Positions 50,287 through 59,806 of a stretch of 64,000 nt of DNA are shown here, in pieces. Both the position numbers and the translations under genes were made by a program. Origin of the DNA: Bacteroidales bacterium. Its GTDB lineage: Bacteria > Bacteroidota > Bacteroidia > Bacteroidales > JAAYUG01. Numbering within the stretch: the stretch's first letter is position 1; every line of letters starts with the position of its first letter. The notes beneath the pieces are model-generated. The model did not search any database, was not told the DNA's origin, and was given only the letters and a program-made list of their open reading frames with translations. The stretch spans positions 4,948 to 68,947 of the forward strand of contig JAAYUG010000111.1 in NCBI GenBank assembly GCA_012517825.1. Direction: 5' to 3'.

Positions 50287-50300
50287 GGTTTTCGAAAACC
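50287..50300. promoter_or_regulatory. Perfect 14-bp palindrome GGTTTTCGAAAACC upstream of hutH
   Basis: Read directly from the sequence; about 100 nt upstream of the hutH ATG. Confidence 0.3.
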
Positions 50301-50398
50301 AATGTCGCTTGTTTTCTGTCGTAACATTTTATCTAACATATTTTTCACCCCTTCATCAGCAGTAATTTTAGGTAATTTAGCCGGAAACATTTTTTGGT

Positions 50399-51901
50399 AT
50401 GGCTGAGGCTTTTCTTATTCAACCGGCTCCGGTAACCCTGAAGGAAATACAGCAGGTTCTTGATGAGCATCGCAGGATTGAACTATCGGATGAAGCCCGC
50501 GGGCTGATTCAGCGATGTCGCGATTATCTTGACCGAAAGGTTGCCGCGGCCGGTGAGCCGTTGTATGGAATCAATACGGGCTTTGGTGCGCTGTATGACC
50601 GGTCGGTTTCTCCTGAAAACCTGGAAAAACTTCAGAAGAATCTGGTGATGTCGCACGCCTGCGGGACAGGAGACGCAGTTCCAGACGATATTGTGCGCCT
50701 GATGCTGTTGCTGAAAGTCAGGTCGCTGGCTTACGGATATTCGGGGGTACAAACCGAAACGGTACAGCGCCTTATCGATTTTTACAATGAGGATGTTTTA
50801 CCGGTAGTTTACCGGTATGGTTCCCTGGGTGCTTCAGGCGATCTTGCCCCGCTTGCTCATCTTTGTCTCCCTTTGCTTGGCATGGGCGAAGTGAGGTACA
50901 AGGGGAAAGTATATCCGGCGATCGATATTTGCAGGAAATTCGGATGGGAGCCGGTTAAGCTGAAGAGTAAGGAAGGACTGGCTCTTCTGAATGGAACGCA
51001 GTTCATGAGTGCCTATGGAGTGCATCTTTGCCTGCATGTGTTTCATCTTTCCGCCATGGCCGATGTAATCGGAGCTCTTTCCCTGGATGCATATGACGGA
51101 CGCCTCGATCCGTTTCATCCGCTTGTTCAGCAGATTCGGCCCTACAAAGGTCAAATTACTACCGCCAGACGCATCCGATGGATTCTGGAAGGGAGCGAAC
51201 TGATTGCCCGGCATAAGGAGCACATTCAGGATCCTTACTCGTTCCGCTGTATTCCTCAGGTACATGGTGCGTCGAAAGATTCCATCGATTATGTGGCTTA
51301 TGTTTTTGAGAGGGAGATCAACTCAGTAACCGATAACCCAACCATATTCCCTGAACAGGATCTTATTATTTCAGCCGGCAATTTTCATGGCCAGCCGCTG
51401 GCTCTGGCTCTTGACAATCTGTCGATAGCCATGGCTGAGCTGGGAAATATTTCGGAACGGAGAACCTATCAGCTGCTTTCGGGGGCAAGGGGGTTGCCTC
51501 CGTTTCTGGTAGCCAATCCGGGTCTGAATTCCGGATTTATGATTCCGCAATATACTTCGGCTGCCCTTGTGAGCCATAACAAGCAGCTTTGCACCCCCTC
51601 ATCCGTTGATTCCATTGAGTCGTCAAAAGGGCAGGAAGATCATGTAAGCATGGGTGCCAATGCCGCCATCAAAGCCTATATGGTGATGGAGAATCTGGAG
51701 CGAATTCTGGCCATTGAGCTTTTCAATGCCGCACAGGCCCTCGATTTTCGTCGGCCATTAAGGACATCCCCATATCTGGAGGCGCTGCATGCTGAATACC
51801 GAAAGAAAGTGGCGTTCATTGAAGAAGACAAAGTCATGTATCCCGATATGCAGGCTTCGGTTGAGTTCCTGCGCTTCTGGAAACCGGAACTGCCGGTATA
51901 A
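50399..51901 (+). CDS. hutH: Histidine ammonia-lyase
   Basis: 500 aa. GSLGASGDLAPLAHL contains the ASG triad that forms the MIO cofactor. Confidence 0.92.
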   Translation: MAEAFLIQPAPVTLKEIQQVLDEHRRIELSDEARGLIQRCRDYLDRKVAAAGEPLYGINTGFGALYDRSVSPENLEKLQKNLVMSHACGTGDAVPDDIVRLMLLLKVRSLAYGYSGVQTETVQRLIDFYNEDVLPVVYRYGSLGASGDLAPLAHLCLPLLGMGEVRYKGKVYPAIDICRKFGWEPVKLKSKEGLALLNGTQFMSAYGVHLCLHVFHLSAMADVIGALSLDAYDGRLDPFHPLVQQIRPYKGQITTARRIRWILEGSELIARHKEHIQDPYSFRCIPQVHGASKDSIDYVAYVFEREINSVTDNPTIFPEQDLIISAGNFHGQPLALALDNLSIAMAELGNISERRTYQLLSGARGLPPFLVANPGLNSGFMIPQYTSAALVSHNKQLCTPSSVDSIESSKGQEDHVSMGANAAIKAYMVMENLERILAIELFNAAQALDFRRPLRTSPYLEALHAEYRKKVAFIEEDKVMYPDMQASVEFLRFWKPELPV

Positions 51902-51929
51902 TTCTGAGCCCTCGTAAAATTTAATCCAC

Positions 51930-51953
51930 ATTGCGCATAAAAAACTGCGCAAT
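51930..51953. repeat. ATTGCGCA-N8-TGCGCAAT hairpin family, member 2 (at convergent gene ends)
   Basis: ATTGCGCA-TAAAAAAC-TGCGCAAT; perfect 8-bp stem. Confidence 0.8.
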
Positions 51954-52028
51954 CCTTGCTTAATCAATAACGGATCGTACCTGCGAAAATTCAGATTAAT
52001 ACTGTAAGAATGCAGGCGCAAAGGCCCT

Positions 52029-52505
52029 TTAATTATTTCGCAGGGTTTTGTTTTCGCGGATTTGCCTCAGAAGGAAGTTGCGGAATTCAACTTCCGCTAC
52101 GTAAAGCTTCATTACCTTGCTGGCAGGAAGAATCTGACGGAACCGTGCATTGTATTTTTCAAGGAGGTCGGTTTCCTGCTTCTGCAGCGAAATGTACTTC
52201 TGAATGATGGCATCGGTTTCTTTTTCACTGAGCCTGCCGGCGTTCTGGGTATAGTAATAGGAAGTACTGCGGCGCTGTTCAAGGATTTGATTCCGCTGAG
52301 CATCGTATTCATTGTACACCGGCCAGAATTTCTGTGCTTCTTCAGCTGTAAGGCCCATCCGGTTTGTCAGAAAGGCAACCTTCTGGGCCTGAATTTTTTC
52401 TGTTCCTGAGGAGGAACCTTCCTGGGCCTTTAGTCCGGGCACGATAGCCATCAATGCCAGCAGGCCGGGGAGTAGACGGAGCTTAATATGTTTCAGCGAT
52501 ATCAT
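52029..52505 (-). CDS. Periplasmic helical protein (Spy/CpxP-like features)
   Basis: 158 aa with a signal peptide (LLPGLLALMAIVPGLKAQ). LTAEEAQKFWPVYNEY and further helical K/E/Q-rich repeats. Last gene of the sigma/anti-sigma operon. Confidence 0.5.
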   Translation of the reverse strand: MISLKHIKLRLLPGLLALMAIVPGLKAQEGSSSGTEKIQAQKVAFLTNRMGLTAEEAQKFWPVYNEYDAQRNQILEQRRSTSYYYTQNAGRLSEKETDAIIQKYISLQKQETDLLEKYNARFRQILPASKVMKLYVAEVEFRNFLLRQIRENKTLRNN

Positions 52506-52944
52506 GGATACTATAATTTTCGTTTATCAGGTAATTGACTATGTCGCGCCGGGAGATGCCGGGATCTGAAACGGAAATATCCTTTTCTTCCATTGCCAGA
52601 ACAAGATCTGATTCATCGAAGTAATAACCGGTCATTTCAATCGATTCGCTGAATACAGCCAGTGGAATATCAGGCTGTGCCGGCTTTCTGAAAAAGATAA
52701 AGCCGATAACAAGAACCGTTGCTATTCCGCTTACAATCCAGGCGGGAACCAGCCTGGGAGCAAAAAGAGGTTCCCACCAGGGGGCTTTGTTCCTGGCAGC
52801 ATTTCTCTGCTCCATTCTTTTGTTCAGCCGGGCAGAGAAAGTATCAAAATATGTTTCAGGAACTTCAAATGGATTTCCTTTCGGAAAGTTTTCCCACTCG
52901 TTCCCGGAATGGCTGTTCATTGAATATTTCTTTTGTTCATGCAT
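52483..52944 (-). CDS. Putative anti-sigma factor (single-pass membrane protein)
   Basis: 153 aa with one TM segment (LVPAWIVSGIATVLVIGFIFF). It lies immediately downstream of the ECF sigma gene. No sequence motif was recognised. Confidence 0.45.
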   Translation of the reverse strand: MHEQKKYSMNSHSGNEWENFPKGNPFEVPETYFDTFSARLNKRMEQRNAARNKAPWWEPLFAPRLVPAWIVSGIATVLVIGFIFFRKPAQPDIPLAVFSESIEMTGYYFDESDLVLAMEEKDISVSDPGISRRDIVNYLINENYSIHDIAETY

Positions 52945-52968
52945 TAGATGGATAAAATTAAGAAAGGT

Positions 52969-53517
52969 TTAATGCTCTTCCATGTACTTTTCAATTTTTT
53001 TTACGGCATGATGGAAAGAAGCCTTAAGAGCTCCTTCTGATGTTTTTAATATTTCGGCCATTTGTTCGTAAGGCATTTCGTCAAAGTAGCGCATATTGAA
53101 AACAATACGTTGTTTTTCGGGCAAGGACAGAATGGCCTTCTGGAATTTTTTTTGCAGTTCATTTCCGCTGAACCACGGATCGCTTTCGAGGGAACCTGCC
53201 AGCTGGCGTTCCACATCGTCCCAGGGAATAAAAAAACGGTTTCTGCTTTTTCTGAGATGCGCCAGAGCTTCGTTGGTGGCGATGCGGTACAGCCAGGTAA
53301 ACAGTGCCGAATCGCCGCGGAACCCGGGCAAGGCATCCCATACCTTCAGAAAAGTTTCCTGGAGCACATCGTCGGTGTCTTCATGGCGGATAACGATTTT
53401 ACGTATATGCCAGTAAAGCCGTTCCTTGTATTTTTCTACAATGAGGTTGAAGGCATAGTGCGGGTTGTCTCCTTCCCTGAATAACTGAATCAGTTCCCTG
53501 TCGCTGTATTCATTCAT
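52969..53517 (-). CDS. ECF-type RNA polymerase sigma-70 factor
   Basis: MNEYSDRELIQLFREGDNPHYAFNLIVEKYKERLYWHIR...DVLQETFLKVW...LPEKQRIVFNMRYFDEMPYEQMAEIL. ATG at 53517 preferred over the TTG at 53538. Confidence 0.88.
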   Translation of the reverse strand: MNEYSDRELIQLFREGDNPHYAFNLIVEKYKERLYWHIRKIVIRHEDTDDVLQETFLKVWDALPGFRGDSALFTWLYRIATNEALAHLRKSRNRFFIPWDDVERQLAGSLESDPWFSGNELQKKFQKAILSLPEKQRIVFNMRYFDEMPYEQMAEILKTSEGALKASFHHAVKKIEKYMEEH

Positions 53518-53524
53518 AACAACC

Positions 53525-54916
53525 TCATTCCAGTTCAATTCCGGCTGAACTTCCTGACGTTACTTCAAAGGAGCGGGTAATAGTTTGCAGGGAGGAACGG
53601 GCGTTGAGAGGGCGAAAAACGGCAATATAACTGCCCGGGAGCAGGGTGAGTGTTTCGGTCTTCCCTTCCTTATTGAGGTTGCAGATCCAGCGGAGATTAT
53701 CGCCTTCCTTAACATACACACTTCCATACCCCGGAGCAGGGAAGAAGAAGTTGACAACCCCTGGCCGGGGAATTTCAATGCGCGTCAGAGCACTTTGTTT
53801 GATCTCGATTTGGTTAATAAAAACTTCAGGTAATACCGGAATTTCAATGTCATAGAACCCTGTCAGATATTTTTCCTGTTTGTTGAATTCCTGTAAATGC
53901 AGGGTCTGGGTTGATCCGTGCTTTCTTACGATACATTTTACATCGCGGAAATCGCGGGATCCTTTGGTGGTTACCAGAAGTTCTCCCTGAGGTGCATTGA
54001 CGGCTACAATCGTGTGTGCTCTTTGGTTGAGACGGAAGCTGTCAACCGTAACAGGAGGGATAGTATGAACAACAAGCCGGTACGAGATCAGGGGATCGAG
54101 AACCAGGGTATCAGGGTTTCCCCGGTTATTGATGGTATGGTAATAATTGTAGCGAGGTTTTCCTGACAGGCGGTCATAGAAGGTCATGTTGACGTTTGTT
54201 TCGGTGGGGTTCCCGTAACTGTCGAGAAGATTGACCTGGGCAGTAGTGGAATGGAGGGCCTGTGATATTACGATGTCCAGAGCTTCATGAAATTTTTCTT
54301 CTTTCCTGGTATTGAAAAAGTTGCCTATGCAATTGAACGATTCCTTAAATCCTTCGTCAATGCCAATACCAATAACGAAGGGTTTGAGGGCAATGCCCAT
54401 CCTCTGGAGGCTGTCGGATGCCTTGCAGGGGTCGCCATCGCAGGCTTCAACCCCGTCGGTAATCAGGATGATGATATTGCGGCAGTTGGAACAGGCGGGA
54501 AAATCTTTTGCCGATAATAATAGCGAATTGGCAATAGGAGTTGTTCCTTTGGGTTCAATGTACCTGAGTTTTTGCCTGATGCGTGCTGCATTTCCTTTTG
54601 CAAACGGCACTTCCAGCTTGCTGTCGGAACAATCCTGGGGTGGCACAGGACTCTGGTGCCCGAAAACCCGCAGGGCCATTTCAACATTATCCTTTTTTTC
54701 AAGGCTATCAATAATGCTTATGAGAAATTTTCTTGCTATGTTGATTTTGATATCACTCTCCCACATGCCTGCCATACTCTGGGAAGCATCGAAAACAAAC
54801 AGAATGCGGGTGAGGGGAGGAACATACACCGGCTTTTGTTGTCCTCTCATCAGGAAAGGCATGCCTGACAGGGCAACCATTAAGGCAATCCGGCAGGTTC
54901 GGGTTCGGAATGACAT
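53525..54916 (-). CDS. Secreted von Willebrand factor type A (VWA) domain protein
   Basis: 463 aa with a signal peptide. MIDAS-like ILFVFDASQSM and ...IILITDGVEAC. The C-terminal half is beta-rich. Confidence 0.75.
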   Translation of the reverse strand: MSFRTRTCRIALMVALSGMPFLMRGQQKPVYVPPLTRILFVFDASQSMAGMWESDIKINIARKFLISIIDSLEKKDNVEMALRVFGHQSPVPPQDCSDSKLEVPFAKGNAARIRQKLRYIEPKGTTPIANSLLLSAKDFPACSNCRNIIILITDGVEACDGDPCKASDSLQRMGIALKPFVIGIGIDEGFKESFNCIGNFFNTRKEEKFHEALDIVISQALHSTTAQVNLLDSYGNPTETNVNMTFYDRLSGKPRYNYYHTINNRGNPDTLVLDPLISYRLVVHTIPPVTVDSFRLNQRAHTIVAVNAPQGELLVTTKGSRDFRDVKCIVRKHGSTQTLHLQEFNKQEKYLTGFYDIEIPVLPEVFINQIEIKQSALTRIEIPRPGVVNFFFPAPGYGSVYVKEGDNLRWICNLNKEGKTETLTLLPGSYIAVFRPLNARSSLQTITRSFEVTSGSSAGIELE

Positions 54917-54989
54917 ACCTCAGCGGCTATGATGTAAAAATAATGAAAATAGAAGGGTGAATCAGGGAAATTATAAACATGTTCATAAA

Positions 54990-55030
54990 GACAGGGACAA
55001 AGCAATGCAGAAGAGCATTTTGTCCCTGTC
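54990..55030 (-). terminator. Hairpin downstream of tkt
   Basis: GACAGGGACAA ... TTGTCCCTGTC (11-bp stem). On the minus strand it is followed by TTTAT. Confidence 0.5.
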
Positions 55031-55051
55031 AGAATTTTTGCTGTGAGTGAA

Positions 55052-57085
55052 TCAGAAATGGAACAGGTTTTTTACCTGCTGATAAACCTGGTCGGGAGTG
55101 AAGCCGAGTTTTTCGTCAAGCACTTTATAGGGAGCTGAGAATCCGAACGATCCGAGGCCGAAGACTTTTCCGCCTGGTCCGACAAGTCCCTGGAGGGTAA
55201 TCGGCAATCCGGCCGTAAGGCCGAAGACAGGAACGCCGGGAGGAATAACCTTGAACTGATATTCAACTGGCTGTTCGCGGAACAATCCTTCAGAAGGGGC
55301 CGAAACAACCTGTACCCTGATACCGTCGGATTGAAGTTTCAGGGCTGCTTCGTAGCAGGTAGCAACCTCTGATCCGTTGGCAACCAATATAATCTGGGGA
55401 TTGTGTGCGGGAAGGACAATGTAGGCTCCGCGGGCTGCAAACAGGGCGTCGGCATAGCGGCTGGATCCTGCGGCTGGTGGAATGTCTTTTATGTTCTGGC
55501 GCGAAAGCAGGAGTGCCGAAGGGGTGCTTGTGTTCTCCATGGCGAGTTTCCATGCTATGGTTGTTTCGGTAGCATCAGCCGGACGAAGAACAAGCATACT
55601 GCGCTGGCCATGATGGTTGCGCAGGTGCTCCAGCAGGCGAATCTGGGCTTCCTGCTCAACCGGCTGGTGGGTGGGACCATCTTCACCTACACGGAATGCA
55701 TCGTGGGTCCAGATAAACTTAACGGGAAGTCCCATAAGGGCAGCAAGGCGGACTGCCGGTTTCTGGTAGTCAGAGAATACAAAAAAGGTACCACAGGCAG
55801 CAATAACGCCTCCATGCAGTGCCATTCCGTTACACAGGGCCGCCATGGTGAGTTCGCACACACCTGCCTGCAGGAAGGAACCTGAAAAGTCGCCTTTGCG
55901 GAAAGGTTTGGTATGTTTGAGGAATCCATCGGTTTTGTCGCTGTTCGACAGATCAGCCGAAGCAACAATCATATTTTCCACCTGCTGGGCAAATACAGAA
56001 AGCACATTGGCCGAGGCTGCACGTGTGGCAATCCCTTCTTTATGGGTGATGGATGCATAGTCAATTTTTGGCGGCTGGCCGGAGAGGAAGAAATCAAGCC
56101 TGGCGGCAAGCTGGGGATTCTGAATTCTCCATTCAGCTTCTTTCTTTTTACGTTCGGCTACTTCCTGCCGCTTGCGTTCCAGTACCTGGCGGTAATGTTC
56201 TTCCACTTCAGGGAAAATACGGAAAGGATCAGCAGGATCCCCGCCAAGATTCCGGATGGTTTTTTCAAACGATGCGCCGGCTTCACCCAGCGGCATGCCA
56301 TGGGTGGATGTTTTTCTTTCAAAGCTGTTCCCTTTTTCGTCAACAGCTCCTTTCCCCATAATGGTTTTTCCGATGATGAGGGTTGGTTTTTCTTTTTCTT
56401 CAATTGCCTTCTGCAGAGCCTGCCTTATCTGTGCAGGATCATTGCCGTCGATGGTATAAACATTCCAGCCCCAGGCACGGTATTTGGCCGCTGTATCTTC
56501 ACTGGTTACTTCGCTTGTTTCGGTGCTGAGCTGAATATCATTGGAATCGTAAAACATGATCAGGTTGTTCAGACCAAGATGGCCTGCAATGCGGCCTGCG
56601 CCCTGGGAAATTTCTTCCTGAATGCCCCCGTCGGATATGTAAGCATATGTTTTGTGTGCCATCCATTCACCAAAGCGGGCGCATAAAAAACGTTCGGCAA
56701 TGGCCGCTCCAATAGCCATAGCATGCCCCTGGCCGAGCGGACCGGAGGTGTTTTCAATTCCGCGTGCAACGTCTCTTTCCGGATGGCCGGGAGTAGGGCT
56801 TCCCCACTGCCTGAATTGTTTTATGTCTTCCATGCTCATTTTGCCAATCAGTGTAAGCATGGAATATAGCATCGGAGACATGTGCCCCGGGTCCAGAAAG
56901 AAACGGTCACGAAATGGCCAGGTCATATCATCCGGGTCAAACCGAAGGAATTCGGAATAAAGAATGTGAATAAAGTCGGCACCGCCCATCGCTCCACCCG
57001 GATGCCCTGATTTTGCCTTCTCAACCATAGCCGCTGAAAGAATACGGATGTTGTCAGCGACCCGCTTGTCAATATTATTTGCCAT
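55052..57085 (-). CDS. tkt: Transketolase
   Basis: 677 aa, MANNIDKRVADNIRILSAAMVEKAKSGHPGGAMGGADF...; TPP-binding GDG-type motif (YISDGGIQEEIS). Confidence 0.94.
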   Translation of the reverse strand: MANNIDKRVADNIRILSAAMVEKAKSGHPGGAMGGADFIHILYSEFLRFDPDDMTWPFRDRFFLDPGHMSPMLYSMLTLIGKMSMEDIKQFRQWGSPTPGHPERDVARGIENTSGPLGQGHAMAIGAAIAERFLCARFGEWMAHKTYAYISDGGIQEEISQGAGRIAGHLGLNNLIMFYDSNDIQLSTETSEVTSEDTAAKYRAWGWNVYTIDGNDPAQIRQALQKAIEEKEKPTLIIGKTIMGKGAVDEKGNSFERKTSTHGMPLGEAGASFEKTIRNLGGDPADPFRIFPEVEEHYRQVLERKRQEVAERKKKEAEWRIQNPQLAARLDFFLSGQPPKIDYASITHKEGIATRAASANVLSVFAQQVENMIVASADLSNSDKTDGFLKHTKPFRKGDFSGSFLQAGVCELTMAALCNGMALHGGVIAACGTFFVFSDYQKPAVRLAALMGLPVKFIWTHDAFRVGEDGPTHQPVEQEAQIRLLEHLRNHHGQRSMLVLRPADATETTIAWKLAMENTSTPSALLLSRQNIKDIPPAAGSSRYADALFAARGAYIVLPAHNPQIILVANGSEVATCYEAALKLQSDGIRVQVVSAPSEGLFREQPVEYQFKVIPPGVPVFGLTAGLPITLQGLVGPGGKVFGLGSFGFSAPYKVLDEKLGFTPDQVYQQVKNLFHF

Positions 57086-57227
57086 AACCTGTCAGATTTA
57101 TATTAAAGGCATAAAAATAGTCTTTCATGTGGAAATTCTAAAATCCTGCATGAGGGTTTTCATTAACAGCCTGTTATATTCGTTGCCGGGTCTCTTTGTT
57201 TTCCTTTTCAAAATCACCCAAAACCTT

Positions 57228-57235
57228 TACCTTTG
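57228..57235 (+). promoter_or_regulatory. TAnnTTTG -7 box upstream of ychF
   Basis: TACCTTTG lies 24 nt upstream of the ATG at 57259. Confidence 0.5.
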
Positions 57236-57258
57236 CGCCATAGTAACCGAGGAATTTT

Positions 57259-58356
57259 ATGAGTCTTCACTGCGGAATAATTGGTCTGACCAATACCGGC
57301 AAGACCACGCTTTTTAACTGCATGTCGCGCACCAAAGCCCAGACCGGGAAGTTTGCCTTCAGCAGCAACAAGTCGAATGTGGGCATGATGGAGGTGCCTG
57401 ATCCACGTTTATACAAACTGGCCGAGCTGGTAAAACCTGAAAAGATTGTTCCGGCTACCGTGGAGATCATCGATATCCCCGGACTTACCAAAGGGTCGAG
57501 CAAGGGAGAAGGTGTGGGTAATCAGTTTTTGGCCGACATACGGAATGCTGATGCCCTGATTCATGTATTGCGGTGTTTTGATGATGACAACCTGCCCCAT
57601 ATTGACGGCAGTGTTGACCCTGTAAGAGACATTGAAACCGTAGAATTTGAACTGCAGGTAAAAGACCTTGAATCGGTGGAGAAAAAACTCCAGAAAGTTG
57701 AAAAGGCGGCAAAGGTTGGCGATAAAGAAGCGAAAAAGGCGATGGAAGTTCTGCAGGTTTACAAGAATCACCTGAGTGATTTTAAGCCTGCCCGGACGGC
57801 TCCTGTTTCAGAGGAAGACAGGAAGTACATTCAGGACCTTTTCCTGCTGTCCGACAAACCGGTAATGTTTGTCTGCAATGTCGATGAGGCCTCTGCAGTA
57901 AAGGGAAATCAGTATGTTGAGGCAGTAAAAAATGCCTTGAAAGACCAGAACGCAAAAATTCTTGTTATTGCGGCCGCAGTGGAAGCAGAGATTGCTGAAC
58001 TGGAAAGCAGGGAAGATCAGATGGCATTTCTGCGCGATCTCGGGTTGGAGGAACCGGGCGTAAACCGTTTGCTGAGAGCCGCCCTTGATCTGCTGAATAT
58101 GATGTACTTCTTTACGGCCGGACCAAAAGAAGTGAGGGCATGGAACATTAAGAAAGGAATGACGGCCCCCCAGGCCGCCGGAGTAATCCACAGCGACCTG
58201 GAACGGGGATTTATCAGGGCTGAAGTGATGAAGTATGAGGATTTTATTGCCCTTGGATCGGAGGAAGCCTGCAAAAAGGCCGGAAAGTTTTATATCGAAG
58301 GGAAAAACTACGTGGTGCAGGACGGAGACATTCTGCACATCCGCTTTAATGTATAA
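57259..58356 (+). CDS. ychF: Redox-regulated ribosome-binding ATPase YchF
   Basis: 365 aa, MSLHCGIIGLTNTGKTTLFNCM...; C-terminal TGS-like KNYVVQDGDILHIRFNV. Confidence 0.93.
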   Translation: MSLHCGIIGLTNTGKTTLFNCMSRTKAQTGKFAFSSNKSNVGMMEVPDPRLYKLAELVKPEKIVPATVEIIDIPGLTKGSSKGEGVGNQFLADIRNADALIHVLRCFDDDNLPHIDGSVDPVRDIETVEFELQVKDLESVEKKLQKVEKAAKVGDKEAKKAMEVLQVYKNHLSDFKPARTAPVSEEDRKYIQDLFLLSDKPVMFVCNVDEASAVKGNQYVEAVKNALKDQNAKILVIAAAVEAEIAELESREDQMAFLRDLGLEEPGVNRLLRAALDLLNMMYFFTAGPKEVRAWNIKKGMTAPQAAGVIHSDLERGFIRAEVMKYEDFIALGSEEACKKAGKFYIEGKNYVVQDGDILHIRFNV

Positions 58357-58365
58357 TTATCCCGG

Positions 58366-58389
58366 ATTGCGCATTTTTTCATGCGCAAT
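58366..58389. repeat. ATTGCGCA-N8-TGCGCAAT hairpin family, member 3 (inverted orientation, at convergent gene ends)
   Basis: ATTGCGCAT-TTTTTC-ATGCGCAAT. The reverse complement reads ATTGCGCA-TGAAAAAA-TGCGCAAT. Confidence 0.8.
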
Positions 58390-58416
58390 GCAGGATCATA
58401 CAAATTGACCATTCCG

Positions 58417-59595
58417 TTAGCTGATTCTTTCCAGATAATTGCGCAGAACATCGGGCCACCAATCGCGCAGGTTCCATCCTCTTCCCAGACGGATGGCAAG
58501 TGCATTGAGCCGTGGGCTGATGTAGAGAATCTGACCCATTATACCAAATGCAAAGAAATCAGGAGGATGTCCGGGAACTTCAGAAGCCCACCAGTAATAA
58601 CCATATCCGTTACCCGGTTTATTGAAAAACAAACGACCCCAACTTTTATTCCTGTACAGATCATATCTTCCGGGAGTAAGGTCAGGACGTGTGGATTCTT
58701 CCAACCATCCCGCAGGAACAATTTGTTCCTTCTGCAGACGCCCGCGGTTCAGGCATAGAAGGCCAAACCGTGCCAAATCGATGGCCCGCATATTTAAGCC
58801 GCTTTCTCCTTTGCCCAGCATGTTTTTGCGTGAATCGCAGGTCAGGGCACCGTCAAATTCAGCCCCCATCGGCCACCAGATTTTCTCAGCCAGTTGCAGA
58901 GCCAGAGGCTTTCCGCTAACTTTTTCCAGTACCAGGCTGACAAGGACAGGATAAATATCATTGTAATGAAAACGGCGCGATACAGTATCAATCTGACTTT
59001 CCAGGGCTATTTTACGGGTATCCTGATGGAGGTATAACCTGAGATTATCCTTCCATGGGAGATAGCCTTCCGTAAACCTGACCCCCTGGTTCATGGCCAA
59101 TAAATGCCTGAGGGTAATTCTTTCTCCTTCTCCATTCCAACGGAGTTCCGGGAGGTATTTTTCAACCGGTTCATCGAGCGACGGGAGGATGCCTTCACCA
59201 AGGGCAATTCCGGTCAGAACGGAAAGAAAGGATTTGGTAACCGAATATGTCCTGAAGTACGACTCTCTGCAATATCCGTTATAATACCTTTCGGTCAGTA
59301 TTTTTTCGTTCTTCAGAACAAGAAAAGCCGTTGTTGCTGTCTTTTCCATGAGCCTGTCAACTGGTAATCTGGCAGGCTTCCCGGCTTCATGAAACTCAAT
59401 AAGGGCAGGCGTGTGGACTTCGTGACGAGGCAAAGGCAGGACTTTATCTGACCTGGGAATAATCATGTAGGGGAAAAAGCGGTGTTCCTCCACATTGTGC
59501 ACAAACCGGTTTTTTATAAGAAATGCTGCATACCTCAGCCAGAAATTGCGTTCGGGTAAATTCTGCGTTCCGGGTCGTACATCACAGTAACTCAT
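58417..59595 (-). CDS. Serine hydrolase, beta-lactamase/transpeptidase-like family
   Basis: 392 aa. The SxxK motif occurs in YSVTKSFLSVLTGIA. Confidence 0.75.
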   Translation of the reverse strand: MSYCDVRPGTQNLPERNFWLRYAAFLIKNRFVHNVEEHRFFPYMIIPRSDKVLPLPRHEVHTPALIEFHEAGKPARLPVDRLMEKTATTAFLVLKNEKILTERYYNGYCRESYFRTYSVTKSFLSVLTGIALGEGILPSLDEPVEKYLPELRWNGEGERITLRHLLAMNQGVRFTEGYLPWKDNLRLYLHQDTRKIALESQIDTVSRRFHYNDIYPVLVSLVLEKVSGKPLALQLAEKIWWPMGAEFDGALTCDSRKNMLGKGESGLNMRAIDLARFGLLCLNRGRLQKEQIVPAGWLEESTRPDLTPGRYDLYRNKSWGRLFFNKPGNGYGYYWWASEVPGHPPDFFAFGIMGQILYISPRLNALAIRLGRGWNLRDWWPDVLRNYLERIS

Positions 59596-59806
59596 CTGCA
59601 GTTCCTTTAGGTAACAGCCATGCGAAAATAAGGTTTTATTGGTGAAAAAAGCATTTCAGTCTGGAAGAAAAGGCCAACAGGTTAAAATATGAGCACCGGA
59701 CAGAGTATTCAGATGGCAAAAAATTCATTCACAAACCTTTGTTTTCTAAACGGTTTGGAAAATGTATATCAGGCATCAACAACCTAAAGGTGCTGAAGAG
59801 AATACA

